Shown here: positions 19,378 to 28,628 of the stretch, piece after piece
Layout of the letters: every line of letters begins with the position of its first letter
Position numbering within the stretch: position 1 is the stretch's first letter
From: Sulfurovaceae bacterium
GTDB taxonomy: Bacteria > Campylobacterota > Campylobacteria > Campylobacterales > Sulfurovaceae
Assembly (NCBI GenBank): GCA_963796395.1
Contig: CAWCLM010000004.1
Coordinates: forward strand, 54,666-118,665
Length of the DNA stretch: 64,000 nucleotides
Direction: 5' to 3'
Translations under genes and position numbers: made by a program
Notes under the pieces: generated by a model
Seen by the model: the letters and a program-made list of their open reading frames with translations, nothing else
What the model was told of the DNA's origin: nothing
The model's database searches: none

Positions 19378-21708
19378 TTATTCTTTATCCTCTTTTTTCT
19401 TCTTTTCATCTTTCTTTTGTTTCTCTTGTTTCTTTTCTTTTTTATCGCCTTTTTGTTTCTCTGCATTTTTCTTCTGTAAGACTGCTAGTTCGAGTTTAAA
19501 CCTGACACCTTCATCTTCTTTTATCTTCAATGCCTGATTATACGCCTCTATGGCTACATCAAACTCTTTTTTCTCAAGATGATCATTCCCCATATTAAAC
19601 AAGCTAATAAAATCACGCTCATTTTTTGCATTTTCATATGCATTTTCCGTCTCATCCTCTTTTTTGAGTTTGAGAAGAGATTGAATATACTTCATTAGTG
19701 TCTTCAATAATGACTTAATTTTATCTATGAGCGTAGTATGCCATGCTGTTTTACTTTCTACTTTTCTATCGACATTTTTAATCTCTGAAGACTTAGTGTC
19801 ACTCTTTGTCGCTTCTTTACTAAGACCACTGAAAAATGACTTAAAATTATCAGTCAAGATACACCAGGTGGACCTACTCTCATCTTCACACTCATATCCT
19901 TCATAAAATAGAGAGTCTTCATGTGAAACTGAAGTCTTTTTCTCACTTTTTCCAGGGAAAAGGGACTTAAGATTATCAGTCAAGATACACCATGTACCCT
20001 TTCCTTCATCATCATGCACGTGTTCATCCGGCATTAATGCTTTTGCATTATCCATCAATACCGGAATGAAGAACAATGAAACCAATGTAGCTGCGATACT
20101 ACCAAAAATGAGTGCTATTCCGAGTCCTCCGAAAATAGGGTCTGTTGCCAATAGTAAACTACCAAGTATAATGGCTATAGCAGTAAGCATGATCGGCTTT
20201 GCACGTGTTGCTGTTGCTATGGCTATGGCTTCTTTCTTTTCATAGCCTTCATCCGATATCAATGACTTTGAAAAGTCTATCAGTAGTAAAGAACTTCTTG
20301 CACTGATCCCCATAAGTGAAATAAAACCTATCAATGACGTTGCAGTCAAAAAGAAATGTGTATCGGCTGCATAAAGCGATATCTTATCAGTAATCCAATG
20401 CCCTACAATAACCCCTATTATTGAAAGGAAACTACCAATAAGTACAATACCGCTCAAAGCAAATGATTTATAATAAACGACCATCAATAGGAACATAAGT
20501 ACCAATGCCGCGATAAATGCACCCCCCAAGTCTCGGAAGGTATCCAAAGAGACTTTCATCTCACCATCCCAACGTATAAGTATTTCGTCTCCAGTCTTTT
20601 TGTCTACTGCAACAAGATCGAACATATAGGTATTGATTCCTGGTACTTTACTCATATTGTAGTCAGTTTTAAGTACCTCTAGCATCTTTTCTCTAGCTTC
20701 AAGCAGAGGATAAACTTGACTCACCATATCACATTCTGCAGTGATCGTAACCATATTTTTAAGGTTTTTTCTAAAAATAGTGGGACTTGAATCTGCACTT
20801 ATGATCTCAACTACTTCACTGATAGGTACCATCATCCCTTTATCATTCATAAGCTCTAAAGAAACAAGTTTACTGAGTAAAGAAGCTTTTGTATCAGCTT
20901 CTACATGTCGTGTTTCATCATTAAGTCTCAAAAATATAGGAATTTGATCTTGCTGATTCTTTGTATTTTTCTCAGCTATTGGCATTCCCTTAAACGCAAG
21001 ATAAATGATCTGATTCACCTGCTCAACATTAAGTCCGCTTAGTATGATCTTTTCCTTATCCGGTACAAGATTATATTTGGTATAGATATCATCCTGCATT
21101 ACATCTACATCAACCAACCCTTCTGTATCTTTAAGTATATATTCAACTTGAGTTGCCATTTTACGCAATGCATCACCATTTGGATTATAAAGCTCTACAA
21201 CGATCGTTGCCAAAGTCGGAGGACCAGCAGGCATCTCTATGAATTTGATAGATGTATTGGGTACGATATCCCCACACTCACTTTGAATAAGAGGTCGCAG
21301 ACGATGTGCCATCATATATGTAGGTTCTTCCCGATCATTTTTATTGGTAAAGTTAAGGACAATTTCTGCTTGATTTTTCATTCTTTTTAATGCACTGCCT
21401 TTGACCAGACCTGCATAATCAAGAGGTGCCCCCTGCCCCAGATATACTTCCATATCTGTAATTTCTTTTTCTCTCTTCAAGTAGTTTACGACACATGTTG
21501 TGACCGATTCTGTCTCTTTAATGGATGCATTCGTAGCTGTATCGACATAGATTGTCATGGTGTTAGCACTTTTCCCCGGAAGCATACGTGCGAGTACCAG
21601 TTTCGTTGGTATCATCATCACTGAAGCTCCCATTGAAAGAAGAACGATGAGGGTTACGATCCATTTATTACGCTTAGAGCCAATAATTTTAAGGACAATA
21701 TTTTTCAT
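19378..21708 (-). CDS. RND efflux permease, C-terminal half (TM7-12 + periplasmic loop 2) with a ~220 aa cytoplasmic extension
   Basis: 776 aa. The first ~550 aa align by eye with the second half of AcrB-type pumps. The tail carries a repeated TWCILTDN(L/F)KS(L/F)F motif, a TPR-like motif and a Lys/Glu-rich end. Confidence 0.75.
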   Translation of the reverse strand: MKNIVLKIIGSKRNKWIVTLIVLLSMGASVMMIPTKLVLARMLPGKSANTMTIYVDTATNASIKETESVTTCVVNYLKREKEITDMEVYLGQGAPLDYAGLVKGSALKRMKNQAEIVLNFTNKNDREEPTYMMAHRLRPLIQSECGDIVPNTSIKFIEMPAGPPTLATIVVELYNPNGDALRKMATQVEYILKDTEGLVDVDVMQDDIYTKYNLVPDKEKIILSGLNVEQVNQIIYLAFKGMPIAEKNTKNQQDQIPIFLRLNDETRHVEADTKASLLSKLVSLELMNDKGMMVPISEVVEIISADSSPTIFRKNLKNMVTITAECDMVSQVYPLLEAREKMLEVLKTDYNMSKVPGINTYMFDLVAVDKKTGDEILIRWDGEMKVSLDTFRDLGGAFIAALVLMFLLMVVYYKSFALSGIVLIGSFLSIIGVIVGHWITDKISLYAADTHFFLTATSLIGFISLMGISARSSLLLIDFSKSLISDEGYEKKEAIAIATATRAKPIMLTAIAIILGSLLLATDPIFGGLGIALIFGSIAATLVSLFFIPVLMDNAKALMPDEHVHDDEGKGTWCILTDNLKSLFPGKSEKKTSVSHEDSLFYEGYECEDESRSTWCILTDNFKSFFSGLSKEATKSDTKSSEIKNVDRKVESKTAWHTTLIDKIKSLLKTLMKYIQSLLKLKKEDETENAYENAKNERDFISLFNMGNDHLEKKEFDVAIEAYNQALKIKEDEGVRFKLELAVLQKKNAEKQKGDKKEKKQEKQKKDEKKKKEDKE

Positions 21709-23345
21709 TAGTTCACTTCCTTATCATGCTTTGGCTTACTCTCAAATTTGATAAATTTACGCGCAAAATATGGCGCAAATACATACGCTACAAAGAGTGA
21801 TATCCCAAGTGCCACTGGTACATTTAGAGGAATAGGTTTCATAAATTGTCCCATCATACCGCCAACAAATGCCATAGGTATCATTGTAAGCATGATCGCT
21901 ATTGTCGCAATGTTTGTGGAAGGACCGATCTCATCTGTTGCTTGAATGATGATCTCATCGAATTCAAGCTCTTCAGACTCCTTAAGATGCAGCCTTCTAT
22001 GTATGTTCTCTATTACAATGATCGCATCATCAACGATCAGACCTAAACTCAGAAGGAAGGCAAAAAGGGTGATACGATTGATCGTTTGGTCTGTCATCAA
22101 TGCGATGAAGAGTGTAGTCGCAAGAATCATCGGTACAGCAATGGTCACAACCAGTGACTCCCTCCAACCAAGGAAAGGTACCAAGATCAATGCAATAATA
22201 AGTATCGTGATCTCCAAATGGTGTACTAGTTCATTTACTGCTTCATTTGCCCTTGTACCATAATTACGTGTGACGATGAATCCAACACCATTTTGCAACA
22301 GTTTCTCTTTGTTCTTCTGTATCTCTTCTATCGCTCTCTCAGCTATATTTACAGCATTCGTACCTTTGAGTTTTGCAATGGTCATAGTGATCTGATCACC
22401 TGCATCAGTGAAAAGAAGCGGACCGTTATTTTCTTTCTCATTATCAGCATTTTTTTTCTCTGATATGTTTTCCTGATACGTTACAGTCGCTGAGTCATAA
22501 TTCTGAATGTCATAGTTATACTCTACTTCGGCAATATTTTTCAGATAGATAGGTGATCCCCTATACTGCGCGATGATAAGTTCATTAAGATCTTCTACAT
22601 TGTCTAAGGCATTTTGTACACCGAAAACCACAAGACTGCCTTCTGAAGTTGTTGTATCTATCTCTGGAGCATTCATAGAGATAGATTTAACAGCTTGCGT
22701 AACTTGACCCAAAGAGATATTATAGGCCACAAGTTTATGCAGGTCGATCAAGATGTTGAACTGTGGTCTTTTTACACCTTTGAGTGTCGTTTTTGCTACA
22801 TTATCAAGGGCATTAATATCTTGTTGAAGTTCACGTATGATCTTGTAAAGCTTGATCGTATCAATGTCTGCATTTCCTGCTTTATAAAAGGCTACAGTAA
22901 GTATAGGGATATCGATATCGATATCAAAAGGTTTTACCAAAGGCATCATCGTACCTTTAGGAAGTTGATCCATATTCTGCATCACTTTATCATATAGTTT
23001 TAGGTTGGACTCTTCCCTATTTTCACCGATGAAATACTGTACGTTGATCATCCCCATATTATTCATGGCAGTACCGTATATGTGCTCTACACCTTTGATC
23101 TCACGAATACGCCGTTCAAGAGGTTTAATGATGACATTACTTATCTCACTGGGCGTTGCTCCAGGTATCGCTACGATAATAGAACCACCACTCACTTCTA
23201 TCTGAGGGTCTTCTTCTCTAGGCATAATTTCCAACGAAATAAAACCTAAAAGTAAAATAGCAATGGCTATAACAGGGGTAAGAGGGTTACTTAAAAACCC
23301 TTTTGCGAGATGTCCGGCAATATTTTTTATTTTATACACTTCCAT
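21708..23345 (-). CDS. RND efflux permease, N-terminal half (TM1-6 + periplasmic loop 1)
   Basis: 545 aa with an AcrB-like N-terminus (..NPLTPVIAIAILLLGFISLEIMPREEDPQIE..) and the TM4 motif GLIVDDAIIVIENI. Its TAA stop overlaps the ATG of the next gene (TAATG). Confidence 0.8.
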   Translation of the reverse strand: MEVYKIKNIAGHLAKGFLSNPLTPVIAIAILLLGFISLEIMPREEDPQIEVSGGSIIVAIPGATPSEISNVIIKPLERRIREIKGVEHIYGTAMNNMGMINVQYFIGENREESNLKLYDKVMQNMDQLPKGTMMPLVKPFDIDIDIPILTVAFYKAGNADIDTIKLYKIIRELQQDINALDNVAKTTLKGVKRPQFNILIDLHKLVAYNISLGQVTQAVKSISMNAPEIDTTTSEGSLVVFGVQNALDNVEDLNELIIAQYRGSPIYLKNIAEVEYNYDIQNYDSATVTYQENISEKKNADNEKENNGPLLFTDAGDQITMTIAKLKGTNAVNIAERAIEEIQKNKEKLLQNGVGFIVTRNYGTRANEAVNELVHHLEITILIIALILVPFLGWRESLVVTIAVPMILATTLFIALMTDQTINRITLFAFLLSLGLIVDDAIIVIENIHRRLHLKESEELEFDEIIIQATDEIGPSTNIATIAIMLTMIPMAFVGGMMGQFMKPIPLNVPVALGISLFVAYVFAPYFARKFIKFESKPKHDKEVN

Positions 23346-23415
23346 GTGAAAAGTATATCAATAATATGCATAAATATAAGTAAAATTAATTAAGGAATGG
23401 TGTTAAAATTAATAT

Positions 23416-24330
23416 TTATTCCACCATCATTTCGTTTAGTGTCACTTTTACATTTTCTCCCAATGCATTTACGTTATATCCGCCTTCTAAAAAAAATACA
23501 AAAGGTACGTCAGCACTGTCCAATATTATTCTAACTATGCTTCTTATACCCTCTGTGGTAACATTGAGTTGAGCCAAAGGATCACTTTCATGCAAGTCAT
23601 AACCTGCAGAGACCAGGATAATATCAGGCTTAAAGCTCTCAATATATCGAGGCAGTTCATTTTCATAAATATCAAGTAATTCACTGTCACTGCTTCCAGG
23701 CATCATTAAAAAGTTTGCTGTGTAACCTTCACCCTTTCCACTACCCTTATCTGATTGTGCTCCTGTACCTGGATATGCATATGCTTGATGTGAAGAAAAA
23801 TAGAAGACTGAATCATCCTCATAAAATGTATCTTGAGTACCATTACCGTGATGCACATCAAAATCAATGATCATCACTTTTTTATATCCTATGTTTTGTG
23901 CATAACGTGCCGAAATGGCTATATTATTGAAGAGACAAAAGCCCATGGCCTGTGTCGGTGTGGCATGATGGCCAGGAGGTCTTACAGCACAAAATGCCCG
24001 TTCAAACTCGTCTGATCGTATGCCGTCCAATGCAACGATCCCTGCGCCTACTGCCATTATTGCAGCATCATAAGAATCCATACTGCAAACGGTATCTGAA
24101 TCAATACTTCCACCATATGCACTGACATTTTTTATCATTTCAACATGTTCAGGTGGATGTACAAGTTCAAGTATACGTTCTGAAACACTTATGGGAGATT
24201 TCAATATTAATGAATCACGTAAAGGTTGAACAGCTCTATTAATTGCTCTAAGACGTTCTGGAGATTCAGGGTGCATTGTACCAGTGTCATGTTTTAGATA
24301 AACATCATCTGTAATATAAGCTACTTTCAT
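23416..24330 (-). CDS. histone deacetylase-family amidohydrolase (AcuC / acetylpolyamine amidohydrolase-like)
   Basis: It has the HDAC catalytic motifs RPPGHHA and [11 protein letters not shown] plus a C-terminal GGY. I prefer the ATG at 24330 (MKVAYITDD..) over the track's GTG at 24345. Confidence 0.85.
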   Translation of the reverse strand: MKVAYITDDVYLKHDTGTMHPESPERLRAINRAVQPLRDSLILKSPISVSERILELVHPPEHVEMIKNVSAYGGSIDSDTVCSMDSYDAAIMAVGAGIVALDGIRSDEFERAFCAVRPPGHHATPTQAMGFCLFNNIAISARYAQNIGYKKVMIIDFDVHHGNGTQDTFYEDDSVFYFSSHQAYAYPGTGAQSDKGSGKGEGYTANFLMMPGSSDSELLDIYENELPRYIESFKPDIILVSAGYDLHESDPLAQLNVTTEGIRSIVRIILDSADVPFVFFLEGGYNVNALGENVKVTLNEMMVE

Positions 24331-24337
24331 ACTGTTA

Positions 24338-24622
24338 TTATACACTTTTTTTAAGTGCTGCTATCTCCTCTTTTAATTTTTGAACCTCTTTTTTAAGTCT
24401 ATCATTCTCTTTTCGAAGGCTATACGGTTCTTGACTGTCTTCTTTAACAATACCCTTTTTCACCTCATTCTCTATAGCATCATCTATAAGTATATAAACC
24501 ACTTCTTTACCATTTTCATTGACAGTTTCAGTCGGTATTTTACCTGATTTAGTCATTTTCACAACATTAAATATACTTAATTTATGTCTTGCTGCATACG
24601 CTTTAATTGTTAGCTTTTCCAT
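24338..24622 (-). CDS. small DNA-binding protein: N-terminal excisionase/MerR-like HTH plus C-terminal coiled coil
   Basis: The start is set at MEKLTIKAY.., which has an AGGA RBS 5 nt upstream; the track ORF extends to 24679. The sequence has an HTH-like [27 protein letters not shown] and a heptad-like [24 protein letters not shown]. Confidence 0.5.
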   Translation of the reverse strand: MEKLTIKAYAARHKLSIFNVVKMTKSGKIPTETVNENGKEVVYILIDDAIENEVKKGIVKEDSQEPYSLRKENDRLKKEVQKLKEEIAALKKSV

Positions 24623-24691
24623 GATTATCCTACAACACAATTTATTTACTTTTATAAGGTATAATACGACAAATTTCATAAGGATTGTAAG

Positions 24692-25243
24692 ATGTATATT
24701 AAAAAATTTAACCCGATGATACTATTGGTTCTCATCTCTTTAGCTTTTACTCAGTTTGCATTTGCAGAAGCTAATGCAAATAAACTTAATACAGAAGTAG
24801 ATCTAGCCATTAAAAAATTTAAAAAAGATGTACCAGGTGGAGAGAAATTTCTTACGAAAGTGAAAGGCTACCTCGTTTTCCCTTCTGTTTATAAGGGTGG
24901 ATTTATCATTGGAGGCAAATATGGAAAAGGTGCATTACGCGTTAATGGTGTCACTAAATATTTTTATAGTATGACATCTGCTTCCATAGGATATCAAGCA
25001 GGTGTTCAAGAGCATTCCGTGCTTATCGCTTTTGTCTCAGAAGAATCTTTAAACAACTTTATCAAAAGTAATGGATGGGAAGCCGGTGTAGATGGTTCTA
25101 TCATTGTTGCAGACTGGGGTAAGATGAAAGATATTTCATCAATAAGTTATGAAAAACCTATTATTGGATTTGTCTATGGTGAACAGGGTTTAATGGCTGG
25201 TGTGAGTATAGAGGGCACAAAGTTTCAAAGAATCATCCCTTAG
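24692..25243 (+). CDS. secreted SYLF (DUF500/Ysc84-like) domain protein, paralog 1
   Basis: 183 aa with a signal peptide. The core is GYLVFPSVYKGGFIIGGKYGKGALRV..YYSMTSASIGYQAGVQ..GVDGS... Confidence 0.6.
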   Translation: MYIKKFNPMILLVLISLAFTQFAFAEANANKLNTEVDLAIKKFKKDVPGGEKFLTKVKGYLVFPSVYKGGFIIGGKYGKGALRVNGVTKYFYSMTSASIGYQAGVQEHSVLIAFVSEESLNNFIKSNGWEAGVDGSIIVADWGKMKDISSISYEKPIIGFVYGEQGLMAGVSIEGTKFQRIIP

Positions 25244-25264
25244 TTAATTTTATACTTTTATAGC

Positions 25265-25291
25265 GTTTGATGGAAAATCTCTCCATCAAAC
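25265..25291 (+). terminator. hairpin after SYLF paralog 1
   Basis: A 10-bp stem GTTTGATGGA/TCCATCAAAC has a 7-nt loop. The downstream T-run is weak. Confidence 0.45.
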
Positions 25292-25414
25292 CTCTTCAAT
25301 ACATTCAAATCCTTTTTCGTTACTTTTTACTATTTTTTTCTTTTTTACACTTTCATCTATCTGTATAACTTATATATTGTGATATAATTAACGAATTTCA
25401 ATTAAGGACAAATC

Positions 25415-25966
25415 ATGAAAAAACTCAAGTTTTTACCTCTACTCTTTGTTGTGCTTTTAGCATTTAGTACACAATCAATGGCAACACTTAGCTCTAAAAG
25501 TGAAATAGAAAATGATTCTAATGATGCACTGAGAACATTTTACAAGGAAGTGAAAGGTTCTAAAAAATATTTGGAGCATGCAAAAGCGTATCTTGTTTTC
25601 CCCGATGTAAAAGAAGCAGGATTCTTTTTCGGTGGTAAATATGGTGAAGGTGTCCTTCGCGTAGGTAACTCTTCTAAAGCGTACTATAGTATCACTTCAG
25701 CTTCTGTTGGTTTTCAGATGGGTGCACAGATGCATCACATGGTCATAGCCTTCACTTCAGATGCAGCACTCAATAAATTCCTTCTTGATGATGATGAGTG
25801 GGAAACAGATGTCGATGGTAAAATAACTATAGCCGAATGGAATTCAAAAGAAGAGCTTGATGATACTGATTTTGAAGACGATATGGTTGCTTTTGTCTTT
25901 GATGCTAAAGGTATGCTCGGAAGCTTCACAATGGAAGGTACTAGATTTAAGAGAATTAATCCTTAG
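25415..25966 (+). CDS. secreted SYLF domain protein, paralog 2
   Basis: 183 aa with a signal peptide, collinear with paralogs 1 and 3 (AYLVFPDVKEAGFFFGGKYGEGVLRV..YYSITSASVGFQMGAQ..). Confidence 0.6.
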   Translation: MKKLKFLPLLFVVLLAFSTQSMATLSSKSEIENDSNDALRTFYKEVKGSKKYLEHAKAYLVFPDVKEAGFFFGGKYGEGVLRVGNSSKAYYSITSASVGFQMGAQMHHMVIAFTSDAALNKFLLDDDEWETDVDGKITIAEWNSKEELDDTDFEDDMVAFVFDAKGMLGSFTMEGTRFKRINP

Positions 25967-25985
25967 AACACCCTTCAAAAACTTC

Positions 25986-26012
25986 AGGTAAAATGCTTTA
26001 AGTGTTTTACCT
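25986..26012 (+). terminator. hairpin after SYLF paralog 2
   Basis: An 8-bp stem AGGTAAAA/TTTTACCT. The T-run is weak. Confidence 0.4.
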
Positions 26013-26085
26013 CCAATATTTATACATAAACAATATGACTGATATTTTTATGTTATAATCAACAACAAAAAATTAAGGACTTGGA

Positions 26086-26643
26086 ATGAAAATATTTAAA
26101 GCTATCCCCCTCTTGCTTGTAATGCTACTGGCATTCAGTACAGCTGTAACGGCATCAGTAGACACTGCTCGTGAAATTGACAATGATGCAGATAAAGCAC
26201 TTATGGAATTTTATAAGGAAGTGCATGGTGGTAAAAGATTTTTAGACAATGCAAAAGGTTATGTGATCTTTCCTAAAGTAAGAGAAGCTGGATTTTTTGT
26301 AGGTGGTAGATATGGTGAAGGTGCATTACGTATCAATGGTACTACAGATAGCTACTACAGTATTGCATCCGTATCTGCAGGTTTTTCAATGGGAGCACAA
26401 GAGTTTTCATTGATCATAGCCATCACATCTGATGAGGCGCTTAAAAAGTTCATGCGTGATGATGACTGGGAAAGTGAGGTAGATGTAAATATCGCAGTGT
26501 TTGACTATAATGCCGAAGAAGAGGCTGATGATGTAGATTTTGGATCGAATTTGGTTGGTTTTGTATTTGACTCTAAAGGTATGATGGGGAACTTCTCATT
26601 TGAAGGTACAAGATTCGAAAGAATCACACCTGACGCTGACTAA
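26086..26643 (+). CDS. secreted SYLF domain protein, paralog 3
   Basis: 185 aa with a signal peptide. It is closest to paralog 2 (GYVIFPKVREAGFFVGGRYGEGALRI..YYSIASVSAGFSMGAQ..). Confidence 0.6.
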   Translation: MKIFKAIPLLLVMLLAFSTAVTASVDTAREIDNDADKALMEFYKEVHGGKRFLDNAKGYVIFPKVREAGFFVGGRYGEGALRINGTTDSYYSIASVSAGFSMGAQEFSLIIAITSDEALKKFMRDDDWESEVDVNIAVFDYNAEEEADDVDFGSNLVGFVFDSKGMMGNFSFEGTRFERITPDAD

Positions 26644-26647
26644 CATC

Positions 26648-27517
26648 TCAGTCGTTAAAACGATCTTTATACGAACACTTCTGGCAAAGCTCTTCAATCG
26701 CTTTGCCCTTTTTAAACCCCTCTAACATACTTACAGCACGTTTTGAAGTTACTATCTCATCCAATGACTCTTTATGCAAATCGCCAAGTTCTATGATACC
26801 ATCACAGTCCAAACAACAAGGAACTACTTTTCCACTGGCAAGAACAGCTATATGAGACTGTAACCCCTGACATGTACCATCTCCATAGTTCTTATTGTTG
26901 AGAGAAGGCCATTCAAAGTAGTTATCAAAATGTACCAGTACTTTAGAAGCCAAACGTATGGACTTTGGTCTCTCTTGATAGATACTTTCTAAATGAAGTT
27001 TCGTATTAAACGTAGAAGAGAGCTTTTCAAATAATGTTTCATTAAATGTACGTTCACTCATCATTTCATCTAAATTCCATACACGCAAATTAATAAAAAG
27101 ATCCGCTTCTCTTTCCAACTTTGCTTCACATAACGAAAGTATCGGATCGATATATTGTTCAAATGTGATCGAGGTATCATTTTTATTAAAGCTGTTAAGA
27201 GAGATATTAATCTGTTTGACACAAGGATGAAAGAGTGTATCATAAGAGTGTTTTTTTAAAAAGTACCCGCTGGTTGTCAACATCGCTTTAAGCCCATGCT
27301 TATGCAAGATGTCCAAATAATCATGAAGATTAGATAGTGTAAGAGGGTCACCTACCACATGGCAGGCTATTTCATTGGTATACTCTTTTGCTTGCTTAAC
27401 GACAGATTCGAAAAAATCTAAATTCATCTCTTGGGAAGGCAATGCTTTGGTAGGACAGAAACTGCAAGAAAGCCCGCATACATTTGTAAGCTCTATATAT
27501 ATACGGTAAAACTTCAT
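26648..27517 (-). CDS. radical SAM enzyme with C-terminal SPASM/twitch-like Cys cluster
   Basis: 289 aa with the CxxxCxxC motif CGLSCSFC at residues 14-21. The C-terminus has VPCCLDCDG..LGDL..CQKCS. Confidence 0.8.
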   Translation of the reverse strand: MKFYRIYIELTNVCGLSCSFCPTKALPSQEMNLDFFESVVKQAKEYTNEIACHVVGDPLTLSNLHDYLDILHKHGLKAMLTTSGYFLKKHSYDTLFHPCVKQINISLNSFNKNDTSITFEQYIDPILSLCEAKLEREADLFINLRVWNLDEMMSERTFNETLFEKLSSTFNTKLHLESIYQERPKSIRLASKVLVHFDNYFEWPSLNNKNYGDGTCQGLQSHIAVLASGKVVPCCLDCDGIIELGDLHKESLDEIVTSKRAVSMLEGFKKGKAIEELCQKCSYKDRFND

Positions 27518-27642
27518 CAGATGTCTATTTTATACAGCTAGAAAGATCAGTAATGTTTTTTGCACGATTCACACATGGTATACGAGACTCTAGGTCAATG
27601 AGATCATCTTCTATTTTATCCAACAGGGTATTTTTTCTTTTA

Positions 27643-28581
27643 TCATCCCAAAGAATGATATAGTCTTCCTCTTCTAGTTCCTAGCTGTGTCTTCATTCGA
27701 CTAAAATTCTCTATACATTCATTCGCTGAAAAAGGATCATCACCTGTCTGTAGACAAGCACGTGTTTCCTTTAGGGAGTGTAACAATTCAGGTAAAAGCT
27801 CTTTTTGTCTCTCATAAATATCTTTTGCGATATGATTGATAAATTTTTTTCTTTCTTCATCATCTATATTATTGCTGCTATAACTTCTATTATCCTCAGA
27901 GACATCATAGGCCACCTCTTTTAAAACCTTACAGAGGTTTTCTGCTTTATATGCATTCTTTGTTTTAATACTATCTTTAAAAAGTGCAAATTCGTGTACT
28001 GGATAATCCGGTACTTCACACTCTTCAGTAGATGTATTGATATCAAAAACTACTTTAGTCGCCTCTTTTACATATGACACATCTAAAACATGTGACTCTA
28101 ATTTAAGTACGATATTTTTATAAATGCATTTCTTTACACCCGGTCCTTCCCATACATCACAAAGTACACCTGCAATATTTTCTTGACCTTTTTTGGTTAA
28201 AGAAACTGTTTCATCATGAATATTGATATCTTTTGAGCCTTTTTTACGTTCTAAAAGCTGCTCATTTTCATAATCAGCTGTAATGACAGTATCTTTTGTC
28301 TCTTTTTCCAATCTTTTTACATGTTGTTTATGTTTGATCGCTCCTGTCGTCAACACAACGCCACTCTCTTCTTCTAACTTCACATCCCCCCACTCTTTAA
28401 AACGTAATTTTGCATTACCTTTTATACTGAGGTTTGTTTCAGGTGTAAGTTGTGCGCCTCCCCTGATATCATAAAGGACCATACCTGATTCTATTTCAAA
28501 AGGATGAGTCGTCACTTCTGCATGTAGCAGTGTTATCCCTCCAAGTAATAATACCGTTTTCATATAATGTCCAATAGACAT
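27643..28581 (-). CDS. secreted Cys-rich hypothetical protein; the 3' end appears frameshifted, with the reading frame continuing to 27525
   Basis: 312 aa with an AAGGAAG RBS and signal peptide MKTVLLLGGITLLHA. The +1 frame stays open from 27680 to the stop at 27525-27527 and repeats a C-x12-C motif seen just upstream in the main frame. Confidence 0.6.
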   Translation of the reverse strand: MSIGHYMKTVLLLGGITLLHAEVTTHPFEIESGMVLYDIRGGAQLTPETNLSIKGNAKLRFKEWGDVKLEEESGVVLTTGAIKHKQHVKRLEKETKDTVITADYENEQLLERKKGSKDINIHDETVSLTKKGQENIAGVLCDVWEGPGVKKCIYKNIVLKLESHVLDVSYVKEATKVVFDINTSTEECEVPDYPVHEFALFKDSIKTKNAYKAENLCKVLKEVAYDVSEDNRSYSSNNIDDEERKKFINHIAKDIYERQKELLPELLHSLKETRACLQTGDDPFSANECIENFSRMKTQLGTRRGRLYHSLG

Positions 28582-28628
28582 AAGCTTCCTTATCTGTATG
28601 ATGAATTAATTGAAGTATTGTATCATAA

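Noticed and set aside
27525-27680. Reading the hidden frame upstream of the radical SAM gene as an independent RiPP precursor peptide.
   Set aside because: It has no ATG and no convincing RBS (only TTG/CTG/ATC candidates). Its C-x12-C ending duplicates a motif in the preceding protein, so a frameshifted C-terminus is the more economical explanation. It is kept as an alternative in the finding.
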